A program made the position numbers and the translations under genes. A stretch of DNA of 63,949 nucleotides, counting the filler, from Lenisia limosa (lineage: Eukaryota > Protista > Breviatea), in the NCBI GenBank assembly GCA_001655205.1. It is 21 parts of 21 records of this genome, joined end to end, with 100 filler letters (N's around TTAATTAATTAA, not from the genome) between each part and the next. Parts side by side here need not be neighbours in the genome. Positions count along the whole stretch, not along the records: positions 25,789 to 28,493 come from LPNZ01010808.1; positions 28,594 to 35,818 come from LPNZ01000790.1; positions 35,919 to 38,933 come from LPNZ01009029.1; 18 more parts are not named here. One strand, given 5' to 3'. Shown here piece after piece: positions 25,854 to 37,785 of the stretch. Below the pieces are notes generated by a model that saw only the letters and a program-made list of their open reading frames with translations, ran no database searches and had not been told where the DNA came from. Within the stretch, counting starts at the first letter, position 1, and each line of letters opens with the position of its first letter.

Positions 25854-25934
25854 ACTGAATCTGTCCACCTCCGCCTCAGATTTTGTTGGAATGAGCCTCT
25901 TTAGCCCCGAAACGGACAGCTCTCCTGAAGCCAC
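25854..25934 (+). CDS. Isolated exon, unknown protein
   Basis: Family C tail + CCGCAG acceptor, GTAGGG donor; LNLSTSASDFVGMSLFSPETDSSPEAT. Confidence 0.5.
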
Positions 25935-27717
25935 TGTAGGGGGGTGAAGGGAGAGGAGAGAGAGACCTTAAGCAAGAATAGAAGAGAGAAATACGTCATC
26001 TACATTTAGTGTAAGTAACTCACTATTCAAAACAAAACTCTTGAAGATTTCAAAATACAAGCAAGGAAGCGTTTTTTGGGAGAATGTTTAGCCAGGGGTT
26101 ATATCGCTGTTTTCATAATATTCAGGGGAAGAACGAGGGATTTGAAAGTGCCCGTCTCCCCCCACCGAAGATGTCCATTTTAGGCCTCCCTCCTCAGGTC
26201 AAGAAGGACCCCGAAATGCCCAATCAGCAGCATCAGTCCCTTCTCTCAGTTGGCTTGGGTTGTCTGTGGTGTTTTGCCAGCGTAATCTTCATATATCGTG
26301 TAAAACATATAGTATATCATTATGATACATATCATTATAGATAATACTATATTACAAGATAACACGATATCTTACATAGCTTTGTGAAGATACTACCTTT
26401 TCATTTCTTTGCCTGAAAATACCCCCCCCCCCCNNNNNNNNNNNNNNNNNNNNNNNNNNNNNNNNNNNNNNNNNNNNNNNNNNNNNNNNNNNNNNNNNNN
26501 NNNNNNNNNNNNNNNNNNNNNNNNNNNNNNNNNAAAAGTGAGCACTTGGAAGAGTTCAATCATTTCAAATAAATTTATTTTAAAAGTTGGGATTTTATTA
26601 CTTCTCTCAGTTTGTTTTGTGTTTCATATATTATCCTTCGCATGTCAATGTTGTATTTCATCTAAAGTTTTCATTTTGCATTGATAGCTTACATAAAATG
26701 ATTTCGTTTTGAAGTTTAGGCTTTCGGTTTTCTCAGATTTTTTTTCACCCCTCTAGCCAGCCCCAATATATTTATAGCATTGGAAGGAAGATGGTCTGGT
26801 GAGTATAGTGAGATTAAAGGCATAAATGTGTGTATTGTTGTATTTTCGTTCTCTCTTTTTTTGAAAAAAGCTTCTTCTAAATATTGTCAAATAAAATGTC
26901 CCAACCTTCTGTCTGTGAAAAAAACGAAGAAAAATGAATAAATAGCCGCTCCACTACGTAAGGTACCCCACAGTCCCTGTTTATTTGGGGTCGTTGGCCC
27001 CCACCATTCGCCGCACCCCTGAGAGCATATTCTGGAAATGTTAGCGACATGATGTGGCCGAGAGGATGAGAATGAAGGAACATATTATGAGTGGGGGGCG
27101 GGGGAGAATACCACAGGTATGAGTTGTATTTAAATTTGTCTTTCAATTATAACAAGAGTAGAAATGAGAAATAGTTTATCCATGTGAAAATGAAGAAAGA
27201 AATGATAGTTCATCCTTGGGAAAATGAAATATCCACTCCACCAGTCAAAACCCTTCATTATTGTTACCCCCCCCCCCCNNNNNNNNNNNNNNNNNNNNNN
27301 NNNNNNNNNNNNNNNNNNNNNNNNNNNNNNNNNNNNNNNNNNTCGAAGTTCGGAGGGAGATCAAGGACTCCAAATGCGCCGGAATGTAGGTCTTCTGAAA
27401 GGATGATTAAGAGGACAAAATAATATGTAGTCCAATTGTATTGTGAATAAAAATACTATTTCTATATCATATAGTATACTATACATACATGTATATATCA
27501 TATTAAAATGCGTTTATAATAAAACAGTACATAAAGGGAATATTGGTCTTCTTAAAGCAGGCCGCTAAACCAGAATGAAACCTCGGAGTGTAGGGATTTC
27601 CTTATGGATTTAGGGTACAGCTTTTGACTACTTTTAACCAAAATTCATGGATTTGGGGCTCGGTTAATGAATCGGGTGTGGAGACCTGCTTTAATAGGGT
27701 ACTTAAGGAAAATCCAT

Positions 27718-27960
27718 ACTCCATACAAACCTAATGGTCCCTTATCAAACGTCCTTACTAATTCTCAATACAAACCTAATGGTCCCTTATCAAACGTCCT
27801 TATTAATTCTCAATACAAACCTAATGGTCCCTTATCAAACGTCCTTACTAATTCTCAATACAAACCTAATGGTCCCTTATCAAACGTCCTTACTAATTCT
27901 CAATACAAACCTAATGGTCCCTTATCAAACGTCCTTACTAATTCTCCATACAAACCTTAT
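27718..27960. repeat. 45-bp tandem repeat, ~5.3 near-identical units
   Basis: Unit TACAAACCTAATGGTCCCTTATCAAACGTCCTTACTAATTCTCAA. Open in two + frames (e.g. YKPNGPLSNVLTNSQ). Confidence 0.95.
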
Positions 27961-28279
27961 TGCTGTTCATCCAGTGATGGAATGTTTCTTCGTCCATTTC
28001 ATATGCCTTCACGTACATCTTCACCTGAATTTGTCAGGAGAGTAAAAATGGAACAGTTATGAAATAAAAAACAACAACAATAACAAAAAAAGAGCCCAAA
28101 ATCAACTCTGCTGGCTATGTATCCGAGTGTACTGTTTCACCTAGTCTTTTTTGAGAGAGTTGATGCATTATACTATAATCCAATATCTCTTACAAGCGAT
28201 GGTGTGGACGGCTTTGGCCAGATAACCTTATTGTATTTCTCATTTCTACATCCGCAAAATATTCTGATATACTATAATA

Positions 28280-28370
28280 AGCTTCCTACGGTCAAAAAAG
28301 ACAGACTTTCTCGATAAATCCTCGACAAATATCAATATGAAACGGTCTTTTTTGGACCGTAGGGAAGCCC
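28280..28370. mobile_element. MITE family A, subfamily A2 (GGGCTTCCCTACGGT...ACCGTAGGGAAGCCC)
   Basis: Same core as family A with variant TIR; followed by TA. Related copies at 43811-43889 and ~48960-49010. Confidence 0.8.
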
Positions 28371-29862
28371 TAGATATAATACATAGAAATATAATCTGAC
28401 AAAGAGATAAATAAATAAATAGGGATAACAACATTGGTTATGACTTTGTGCAGCCTTTTTTTGCGTGAAAGTGCCCCCCCCCCCTCGACCCCCNNNNNNN
28501 NNNNNNNNNNNNNNNNNNNNNNNNNNNNNNNNNNNNNTTAATTAATTAANNNNNNNNNNNNNNNNNNNNNNNNNNNNNNNNNNNNNNNNNNNNGAAGCAC
28601 AGCACTCGAAGCAGAGTCTCGCATGCCATTCCTTCAAGGCCTCTGCGAGGACGATCAGTCAGAGTACGCAAGTCACAAATCCTCGGGTATGATGTTTCTC
28701 TTATTAGTTATCAAATTTGTGATGCAACAAAGCAATGCCGACTGTTCTCCGATACTTGTTCTGCTTGCGGCATACGCGCCTCCTACCTCTTTCGCCGATC
28801 AGTTCTCTATGCTCTTTGAGATCGTACAAAATTCGGCATTATCCATACAGCCACTCCAAGTCCACTCTTGAGTTTGCCTCCCAATGAAGACCCTTGCGGG
28901 AGCTAAGCTAATCATGCTACTCAGAGGAATTGAGAAGCAGACTGACACTGCTCTTGTCCGTGCGGACGTTTTTTTCTTAAAATTATATTTACTTTTTTCT
29001 CACCTCTATTCAGCTCCAAAAAGACCTAGCAACCTGTGTGATTGGATCATTTCATCTTTCTTCACTGCTCCTCTATTTAGTGAGCCACTTATTTGAGATA
29101 GTTTCTTTAGTTTACCGACGATGAAGTTGTTAAGGTGGACTGCCCCATTCCATTTTAGAGTTCATTGAAAAATATTTTTCTTCTCATGGTCAAACCACCG
29201 TCTTTTTAAGCTATTTCACTTGTTTGGAAAAAGTTATGGTGACGTGGATTGCCCAAATTCACTTTTCCTTCATTGAAGAAATTTTTTCAATATTGTAAAC
29301 AGAACTTTCATGAAATATATCGATATGCACTATTTGTGGATGAGTGAGCAACCATCTTTTGTGATGAACTTATATATTTGTGAATGAGTAACCACTGCCA
29401 ACTGAGATGAGATCAAAGATGATGGAACAGTCCTTCAAACCTATTGGTAGGCATACGAAGTGACCGGTGATACCGGGTGGGGTCTTGAACAAGACTCGTT
29501 TGTGGTTTGAGCCTCCTCTTCTTTTTTACAAATTCCAAAATAAAATGGTATGATCCTTATTCGCTAAAAAAATATTTTCAAACAACTTTTAGCAGCTTAC
29601 GCTGTTTAATGATCCAGACTGTTGATCTTGGTTTGATAACTGGTATTTCTCTATCTTTATTCCTAACTCTTCAATTTTCAGACCACAATTAGCATTTTTT
29701 GTGGATGAATCACTTTGTTTTTTGTGGATGAGTCACCATATGATATACATACTTCCAGTGAAAACTGTCACAATCGATGGTATTTGTGGATGAGCAACCA
29801 TTATTAGTATATTTTGTGCGAGCAACCGCTCTGCCTCCAGCGAAGTTGTCAAGTTCTAAATC

Positions 29863-30264
29863 ATGAACGGTCACATCCTAAACAGTGACTGCAATCTCGA
29901 GCCCCACGGCTTACTCCAATCCAACCTCAAGTCTTGGTATCACAATTGCGCCATCTCCATCTTCTTTGGCGATGTCTTCGCTGCCGCAAAGACCGAACTT
30001 ATGGCCAGATACATGCTCGCCACTCTCTTCACCAACTGGAAAGAGATAGACATTGGCTATGGTGAATACAAGATTGTCTCCCCAACAAGGAGATCCATCG
30101 TCCTAGGTGTTCTCCTTGACATTTTATCAATGACTGCAAGCCTCCCCCAACACAAGATTGATGCGTACTTCTTCAAATTCAATGCGGCTCCCTCTCCGAG
30201 CTTCAGTCCATCAGCGACAAGCTCAAATGGACAGGTAGAGTCCTGCCTATCAGGAGATGACTGA
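29863..30264 (+). pseudogene. Degenerate reverse transcriptase C-terminal fragment of a DIRS/Ngaro (tyrosine-recombinase) retrotransposon
   Basis: SIFFGDVF (decayed YxDD)...KIVSPTRRSIVLGVLLDILSMTASLPQHKI, then a frameshifted SELQSISDKLKWTGRVLP. This follows the DIRS pattern PT..I.FLG..LDT..M...LP..K....LQSL.GKL.W...V.P. Confidence 0.68.
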
Positions 30265-30384
30265 CGAAGTCCCTGAATGATAAGGTCACCAAGAGAACTA
30301 AGGATAAGGTTGTGACTAATATTTTGATGGAGTAAACGAGCACACAGACTTCTTTATGCTTTCATTAGAATGAAAGACACCTTT

Positions 30385-30725
30385 CTAACAACATTCAACC
30401 TAGTAACTCAGCAAATACACCCACACTGAACAGTAATATTATATGAATGAAACACTTCCTCAATTCGCAATCTTAGCAAATATAACCACACTACTAACCA
30501 GAGGAGACTTGACGGTTGCGCATTAATCCTAAACAGTTGTTAATGAACAGTAATATGACTGAATAGCTTTGCAAAATACACAACTTAGTAACTTAGCAAA
30601 TATACCCACACTATCCAGAGGAGGCTTGACAGGTGCTGATTCCTAAACAGTTGTTAATGTTTCAGTAATATTAAATAAACACCTTCTCAAATACGCAACG
30701 ATAATATACCCACACTAACCAGAGA
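30385..30725. repeat. Three imperfect ~115-125 bp tandem units
   Basis: Recurring AGCAAATATACCCACACTA..CCAGAG and TCCTAAACAGTTGTTAATG..CAGTAATAT motifs. Confidence 0.7.
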
Positions 30726-31271
30726 TTTAACCGGGGGCGCGTTGGGAGCGGTACAATCCTCGTTGATGCGTTTCATGAGGACATTGGTGTGCTGAAGAGT
30801 CAACAAAATAAAAACAACGTCGTCCTCAGGTTTCGGTCATAGAAGTTGCACATCAACGTCATAGACCGGCTGTCAAGGAGGTAAGACCTCACCCTCAGCA
30901 GCTGATACCTAGAAGAAACGCTTGACTCCTTTTTAAAATTAAGATTCAACATAAAAAGGGAGGCAAGGTCCTTCAGGTCAGCTTCTCTGCTGGGTTCAGT
31001 TCCCTTGGGTACTCGTCAGACAAAGACAAGCACTTGAGGAGGTCAATCCAGGCTTGGAAGAAAAAGCGTGAAGTAGATGAGAGGGGTAGAGTCCATTTCT
31101 TGGTCGAGACCGTTGTATTGTAGTTATTAGTCTAGAATACCAGTGAAAAGGAATTTTAAATGTGGGTATCTATTACTTATTGAAAATCTAGGATGTTCGC
31201 CACAGAATACTTCAAAGTATAAAATTACTTACATCATAGTTTGAGTGGACAAACATGTACATGTACATGTA

Positions 31272-32526
31272 CAGTGCTCCAGATGAATAGCTGCACTCAT
31301 GTCTTTACCTCGTTTTAGAGTCTACTACTATCATTTTTAGTTGAAAAATTGTCAGGTTGGAGCTAAAGACTCCAAGTTTATGTTTCCAAACTCGATTTTT
31401 AAAAAATGAAGTGAACTGATTTTTACTTACCATATATAAAAATGTTCGAATATTGGATGTTTTATGAGGGAAAATTAACAAAATAGACAGTGTGAAATAC
31501 GGTTTTGGCGCGCTTGTAACTTTGAAATACAAGTTTTGGCGCTCCTGTAATTTACGGTGACTCAATAAATATATTAAAAAAATTACGGATGACAACCGAT
31601 AAAATGAACTCTTGCACGTCGGAACTTTTTTCATCGTCTCTATCATGGTGGAATGAAAAGTCCAAAACAAATGTGGCGGTTAGTCCACAATGACAATTCA
31701 TCTGTCAACCAGCTGTATAAAGTCTGATCAAGGTCTGAAGAATGTTGGAAAATCACCCATGAGGTGGGAAAACCTTCTGGAAGGCATCGGGCCACCACTT
31801 CCGATCAAGATCAGATGATTGTGTCAACTGTCATGGAAAAACCAATGCTTCCACTTTCCAAACATGTGAATACTCTTCGTTCTCTTGGTAATGTCTCATC
31901 TTTTATCATTGCGGCACGTCTTCATGAGTCGAATATTTATGCTTTTCGACCATTGAAGAAACCTCTCATTTCCGAAAAAAATCGTGTCCATCGCCTCCAG
32001 TGGGCAAGAGAAAGACTCAATTGGACTGTTAATCAGTGGAATAAAGTTGTTTGGACGGATGAATCAAAATTCAATCTCTTTAGACCAGATGGAAATATCT
32101 TTGTATAGAGACCAGCGATCCCAAAATGGCAATGCATCTTGTGAAGATGTTTTGTTTGAAAATCTGAAATCTGCTTGGAATTATTACAAAAGGTGAAATC
32201 ACGACTCTCATTGAATCTATGCCGAGACGCTGTGAAGCTGTAATTCGTGTAAATGAAGGTTCTACCAAGTATTAATAAGGGAAAGATTTCAAAATTCCAG
32301 AAAACATTATCTCATATAAACCTTCATATACGAAAAGGGGCCGAATAGTAACAAATTCCTTATATGGTAAGTAAAAATTTGTTCACTTCATTTTAAAAAA
32401 AAGCGAGTTTGGAAATATAAACTTGGAGTCTTTAGCTCCAACCTGACACTTTTTCTACTAAAAATAACAATAGTAGACTCTAAAACGAGGTAAAGACATG
32501 AGTGCAGCTATTTATCTGGAGCACTA
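31272..32526 (+). mobile_element. Tc1-family DNA transposon, internally deleted and non-autonomous, ~165-bp TIRs, TA target duplication
   Basis: TA|CAGTGCTCCAGATGAATAGCTGCACTCATG... at 31272, with its inverted copy ending ...CTGGAGCACTA|TA at 32526. Arms match through TTACTTACCATATA. Confidence 0.93.
31764..32275 (+). pseudogene. Tc1 transposase remnant (HTH region + first catalytic Asp; central DDE segment deleted; frameshifted C-terminus)
   Basis: RPLKKPLISEKNRVHRLQWARERLNWTVNQWNKVVWTDESKFNLF..DG, followed within ~120 nt by LIESMPRRCEAVIRVNEGSTKY* (Tc1 C-terminal signature). Confidence 0.92.
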
Positions 32527-34340
32527 TATATTTTTGGATTACAACATGCAATCACGTATTTCTAGGATTCAACATTTTTTGGCTTCTATGATTCGCTACA
32601 CTCAATTTTCTTGATATGATTGGTCATGTATCAGTATGACCAGGAAACCGATGGCAACGTCCTCTTCCAGCGAGTCATTGCTGTTATCGAGTTATGGTGC
32701 AACCTGCCTTCGGCAAACACGAAGAATTGGTCGAGCTGGCTTCCAAAAGAACCAGACCAATTGGTTTCAAAAACCGGAGTAAGTAAATATTACCATGTAT
32801 ATTTGACTGTAGACATAACATGCTATGCCGCTGCATGTATGCAGTGTTTCAAAGCTTTTAATGCTTTCCTCAGTGTTTCGAATATTGATGTAAGTTAATT
32901 TCTTCAAAGACCTTGACGCTACAGAGCACTTTTTTTCTACAATGAAGTCAATTGAGCCATTTACCTCGATGTGGCTGAGGTACACGACAGTAGCCTCATT
33001 CTGCAACATTAGGAGGATGCTCCGATGGATTCGCTGAATACAGACCGATCTGGTGTGTCGGTCCACCCGGAGTTGTAAACCTCATGGCAAGAGTGCCTGG
33101 GCAGATATGGAAAAGGCCAAGCAAAGCCTGGTCATACTCCCGTATAATTCCTTAATAAAATCAGCAGACAACAATAAAATCTTTTGCCCCAGAAAACACC
33201 TTGATAAATCCATCTCAGTACGTATGAATTTCCCTTGAGTTTATTTCTGCAGCAGAAACAAGTTGGCTGCTCCTTTGTCACTCCCGTAATTGTATAATGA
33301 AAACAACTTAAACTCTGAATGTGTTTGTCACTAATAAAGTATATATTAACACATTAACACCTAATAATAGTGGCCAGGGGCTCGCTGCTTCGACAAAGGT
33401 TCGCCAGGGGGAGACTTGGATTGTCAGACCCTGTACTTTTTTTTACCTTTATACTAGCTGTGTATTTTGGCGGCTAAGGCGAGCTCCAAGAAGAAATCAG
33501 GGTAGACCACTGTCGAAAAATCAATCCGAGCCTAAAATATTTGAGTACTCTTCTAGCTTCCCTAGCATTAAAACGAGATTGGAAAGGTCCGGAGAGGTAG
33601 CGATATAGCAGTGGAAGAAGGAAGAGAGGGACGATAAAAAGAGGCAAGGGAAAGCGTAGTAACTCTTTAATGCTCTACTGACATTTAAACTGGTTAAATC
33701 ATTTAGTATTGAAGTAAATTGGATAAAAGCAACTAAATCCTCCAGAATTCAAACTCAACATGTACTCAAAGCAAGTTCTGCTGCTCTGTTCTTGACAAGT
33801 TCTGGCCGTCTCAAAGTCTCAAAGCTTTGAACTGACTTTGAAATTCGTATCTATACGCAAACGATACGAAGAGAGACAGCTAATCTCCTTTTAATCTCTA
33901 AAAGCTCAACTGGAAGTGTTTTGCGAGGGAGAAAAAGCCTTTTGAGGGCTGACTCAAGTCTAACTCCCTAAACATTATCTCACTGCACTTTTAATCGAAT
34001 ATAGCAAACATAAGGAAAGCGAAAATTGATCATAATATACCATTTCAATCTCGGTTTAATACATTAGAGGTTATGCGAAAAACTTGCTCCCATAAACTTT
34101 GTCGGAAGTAAAAACTTTCCGCTTCCGAAGGCTTCCGGCAAGGAAAGCCTCTGAAAAGCTTATTTTGAAAACAAGTTTTTTTGGCAACTTTCTCGTCCTC
34201 GGATTGTCCTCAGTTATATTAGAGTTGTCCCTTCTTCTCCTCCATTTCTCTTCCAATAATCAATATTTATTACTGGATATCAAATATATAAGTTGTATGT
34301 TGTATAATAAGCCTATCATCATTGACATTATTACAATAGG

Positions 34341-34560
34341 ACTTTATCTCCATTCACACCACCTTATCTTCATTCACAACACTTTATCTTCATTCACACC
34401 GCTTTATCTTCATTCACACCATTTTATCTCCATTCACACCGCTTTCTCTCCATTCACACCACTTTATCTCCATTCACACCACTTTATCTCCATTCACAAC
34501 ACCTTATCTCCATTCACACCACCTTATCTCTATTCACACCAAGTTATATCCATTTACGAA
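34341..34560. repeat. 20-bp minisatellite, 10 units plus one degenerate unit
   Basis: Consensus ACTTTATCTCCATTCACACC with exact 20-nt periodicity. Confidence 0.95.
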
Positions 34561-35918
34561 ACTAGCTTATCCAAATTTAAATACGATTGTTCCTCTGCTT
34601 AAGGTTGTGTGAGTTGTTTGTGTTTTATTACCCACTTCTAAGAAGAATGAATATAGATTGTGTTTGTGAGTGTTATGCATCATAGATTATGATTTTATGA
34701 TTTCGGTAATGTATGTGTAAAAAAATATATCCACTGTTGTGTATATATAGTTTTACTAAATACATATATATGATATATATATAATATTGGGACAAGTGGT
34801 GACCCAGGTGGTAGGGTGGTAGTGCATGATTTAGTGAATTGAGCGGCGAAGAGAACAAACCCAAAAAACCTCAACACCCTCCAGAACACCAGACACGCAA
34901 CCACTTTGAAAAATAATAATAGCACCCTGCCAGAATCCGCTGATTACAATATTATTTGATCTTGCCAAGAATAAATAGTTTTTGGTGGCGGTTTTGGCCA
35001 CAAAAGGTTGAAATAAGGCGGTAACGATTATCATCATCACATTTCAGTTCACATTATTAGATAATAATAAGCAAATAATCAAATAATTGGCAAGTGTTCG
35101 TATCTCATTGTAGCGAGTAGTCACTCATGCCTTCTTTCTGCACAGCCCCAGAATGCCAGGGCATGGTGTTTCTCTCTGCTGAAGCTCATCATTTTCACAA
35201 ATGGCAGTCACAGTGCAATGGAAAAGCTATTAGTATGAGTTGGGAATTGGGGGGGGGGTAGTTTGTATTGTTAACTTTTCAGACAAAGTCAACCAGGAAG
35301 CTACTGCTTCAGCTTATGGTGGGTGGGACTTTATTTTTATTATTTTTTGATGGACAATGATATATACAATATCAGATGAAGAAAAATAAAACATATAGCC
35401 ATAGCTAAGTCCATCAATGGAGAGTATCTCTTCGGTTACGAAATACTGCAACACCGGAAGGGGACAGGTTTGATTAAAAATTTCCGTTAATGTTTGAGTT
35501 TATTGCAAATCCCGAGGAACTGAAGGAATCTGCAAAAAAAGAAGAACCCACCCTATCAGGGTGGGGTCGTTGGCCCAACTGCTGAAATAATTGATTAGCT
35601 GAAAAAAAGCAAATGACTCCAAAAGTGAAGAAGAAAGAACACAACCAAAATCACTACTACTCGAAAGGTCAAAGCTAAAAAAAAGTAATTTATTTGAAGA
35701 AAACAATGCAGATTTGTATCCTGACGTAGGTCCCCAGTTGTATCATGAGTCTTTCTCAACTCCAAGTTCCCCAATTGTGAATCATGTTTCTTCCTTATCA
35801 AAATCGGGTAGAATATTTNNNNNNNNNNNNNNNNNNNNNNNNNNNNNNNNNNNNNNNNNNNNTTAATTAATTAANNNNNNNNNNNNNNNNNNNNNNNNNN
35901 NNNNNNNNNNNNNNNNNN

Positions 35919-37785
35919 CAGTCAAAACACCTTCAACAACCGTCATATCTCCGTCGATCTTAGTGATCTGAGGCTGGAGCTGCCTCATGGCTGTGGACTT
36001 GCTTGCCTGTAGGGATCAGAAATGCAATACAAGACAGAGTATCAGCGAGGTAGAGTGAGGAAGAAGAAGAAGTAGAAGCAGTCTGCGGGGTCTCACCTTA
36101 GTAGTACCTGATCTGGAAGTGAAAGCAGGGGCAACAGCGGGTGCAGATACACGGTTGATGGCGGTGACAGATACAGTCGCTGGGACCTCAGTACCGGTAA
36201 CGTCGCGAGCAACAAGCNNNNNNNNNNNNNNNNNNNNNNNNNNNNNNNNNNNNNNNNNNNNNNNNNNNNNNNNNNNNNNNNNNNNNNNNNNNNNNNNNNN
36301 NNNNNNNNNNNNNNNNNNNNNNNNNNNNNNNNNNNNNNNNNNNNNNNNNNNNNNNNNNNNNNNAAAAAACAAAAAAAAACGAGAGAGGAACAACTCGCAT
36401 ATTCTGTTATCTCATGTTAGTTAGAACAGACTCATCACTGCACCTCCAAGCAACTCGCATACCTTGACCTTTCCGTCAACATTCTCAACCTCAACAGTAA
36501 CGGGCTTAGGGAGTCGAACGAGAGCAGCAACAGCAACCTAGGTGTAAGAGAAGAAAAGGAAATGGTGCACCTATTTCCTCGGTTATTACATTCCAGTTTT
36601 TACATCCAACCTCTACCATACTAATTCCCCCCACCCCCCAACAGTAACACAATGGGCATCAACATAGTTGTCCATCTTGGCAGACTCAAGCGTCTTGGCA
36701 ATGGAAGAGAAGACCTGATGGGACTTAAAATTAATCCTGAAAAACAAAGGTTACTTTCTTCTTTGTATTATCAGTCCACCTTACCTTGGAGCCCTTCTTG
36801 AGAGGCTTCTTTGTGGCAGAGGCGACGCTGTGGAGACCTGACAGAATACGGGATGTGCCACAAACGTCATCAACATCAATGTTGGGTACAATGCTGCGGA
36901 ACTGAAAAGGTGATCCAATCATTAATCATACTGCATTATGTTTTTTAAAAAAAAACAAGAGCTATATTATTCAAACACCACTCACAGCTTCACGGATTTC
37001 AGTCAGCTTTGAAGCAGTGGAGGGTGCAAGACGAGCAAGTTTGCCAGCGGCCTAATTAAATGGTCACGTAATGAGGACAAGGCAAAATCAATAATATTAT
37101 TCTATTTCACTCTTCCATGTTAACATTTAACTGACACATAACAAAGGCAGCGCAATAATATAAAAATAGATGTAACAATTTTACTCTTCCAAAAGACATT
37201 GTGAGGGGAGGGGGACAAAGCATACAAGAAGGAGATATCCGGTTTCAGTGGTATCAGATACGGAAGACGACAGGACAGACATGACCTTCTCGTTCAATCC
37301 CCAGGCGGCAACATCACAATTGACCTGGAACAAGTGAGAAACTTTTTACGAAATACACTGCCAGGATAAAACTGCGAACCTCATGGCAGGCAAAAAGAGC
37401 AGCATAGATTTCAGTGATTTTCTTTGACTTAGCAGCTTTCGTGAAAAGAGCCTCATAGTTGGTTTCAAATTTGCAGTCCAAAGCCTTGTTAATGGCAACG
37501 GCGTAGAAAGCTTTCATTGCAGAGTTCTGAGAAATTTTGGCAGCGCTGCAAAGCTTCTGTGTGATGGATTTATCGAGCACAACTTCATTTTTCTGGGACA
37601 TCTGAATGGTTAGAGCGATTTCCCCCAAATAAAAAGCCAAAAGAAAAACAGCATAAGGGATCCTAACCTTAAGAAGGGCATAACCATCTTCTAAATCATC
37701 AAACTGGCCCTCTTTAAGCGCTGAAATCAACTGAGTATCAAACTCAATATTGAAATAAGCAGACGTGAAAGCCCACACCATGCAA
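35919..37785 (-). CDS. Multi-exon gene, unknown protein (distant resemblance to ribophorin II, not established)
   Basis: Open exons with GT/AG ends, e.g. ~37375-37585 (KNEVVLDKSITQKLCSAAKISQNSAMKAFYAVAINKALDC), ~36785-36900 (FRSIVPNIDVDDVCGTSRILSGLHSV), ~36465-36538 (VAVAALVRLPKPVTVEVENVDGKVK), ~36100-36217. Confidence 0.6.

Noticed and set aside
27718-27960. CRISPR-like array
   Set aside because: Units are contiguous with no unique spacers, and the context is eukaryotic.
33530-33960. Stop-interrupted coding-like stretch as a tyrosine recombinase or as evidence of an alternative genetic code
   Set aside because: No convincing R-H-R-Y motif. Confident genes have no in-frame stops and CFAP299 ends in TGA, so decay is the simpler explanation.
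34099-34602. 167-aa His-rich ORF
   Set aside because: Produced by a stop-free 20-bp minisatellite cycling through frames; no splice or homology support.
36430-36540. Plus-strand NILNLNSNGLR as an APE endonuclease or LRR start
   Set aside because: The minus strand has a better acceptor and donor and fits the surrounding minus-strand gene.
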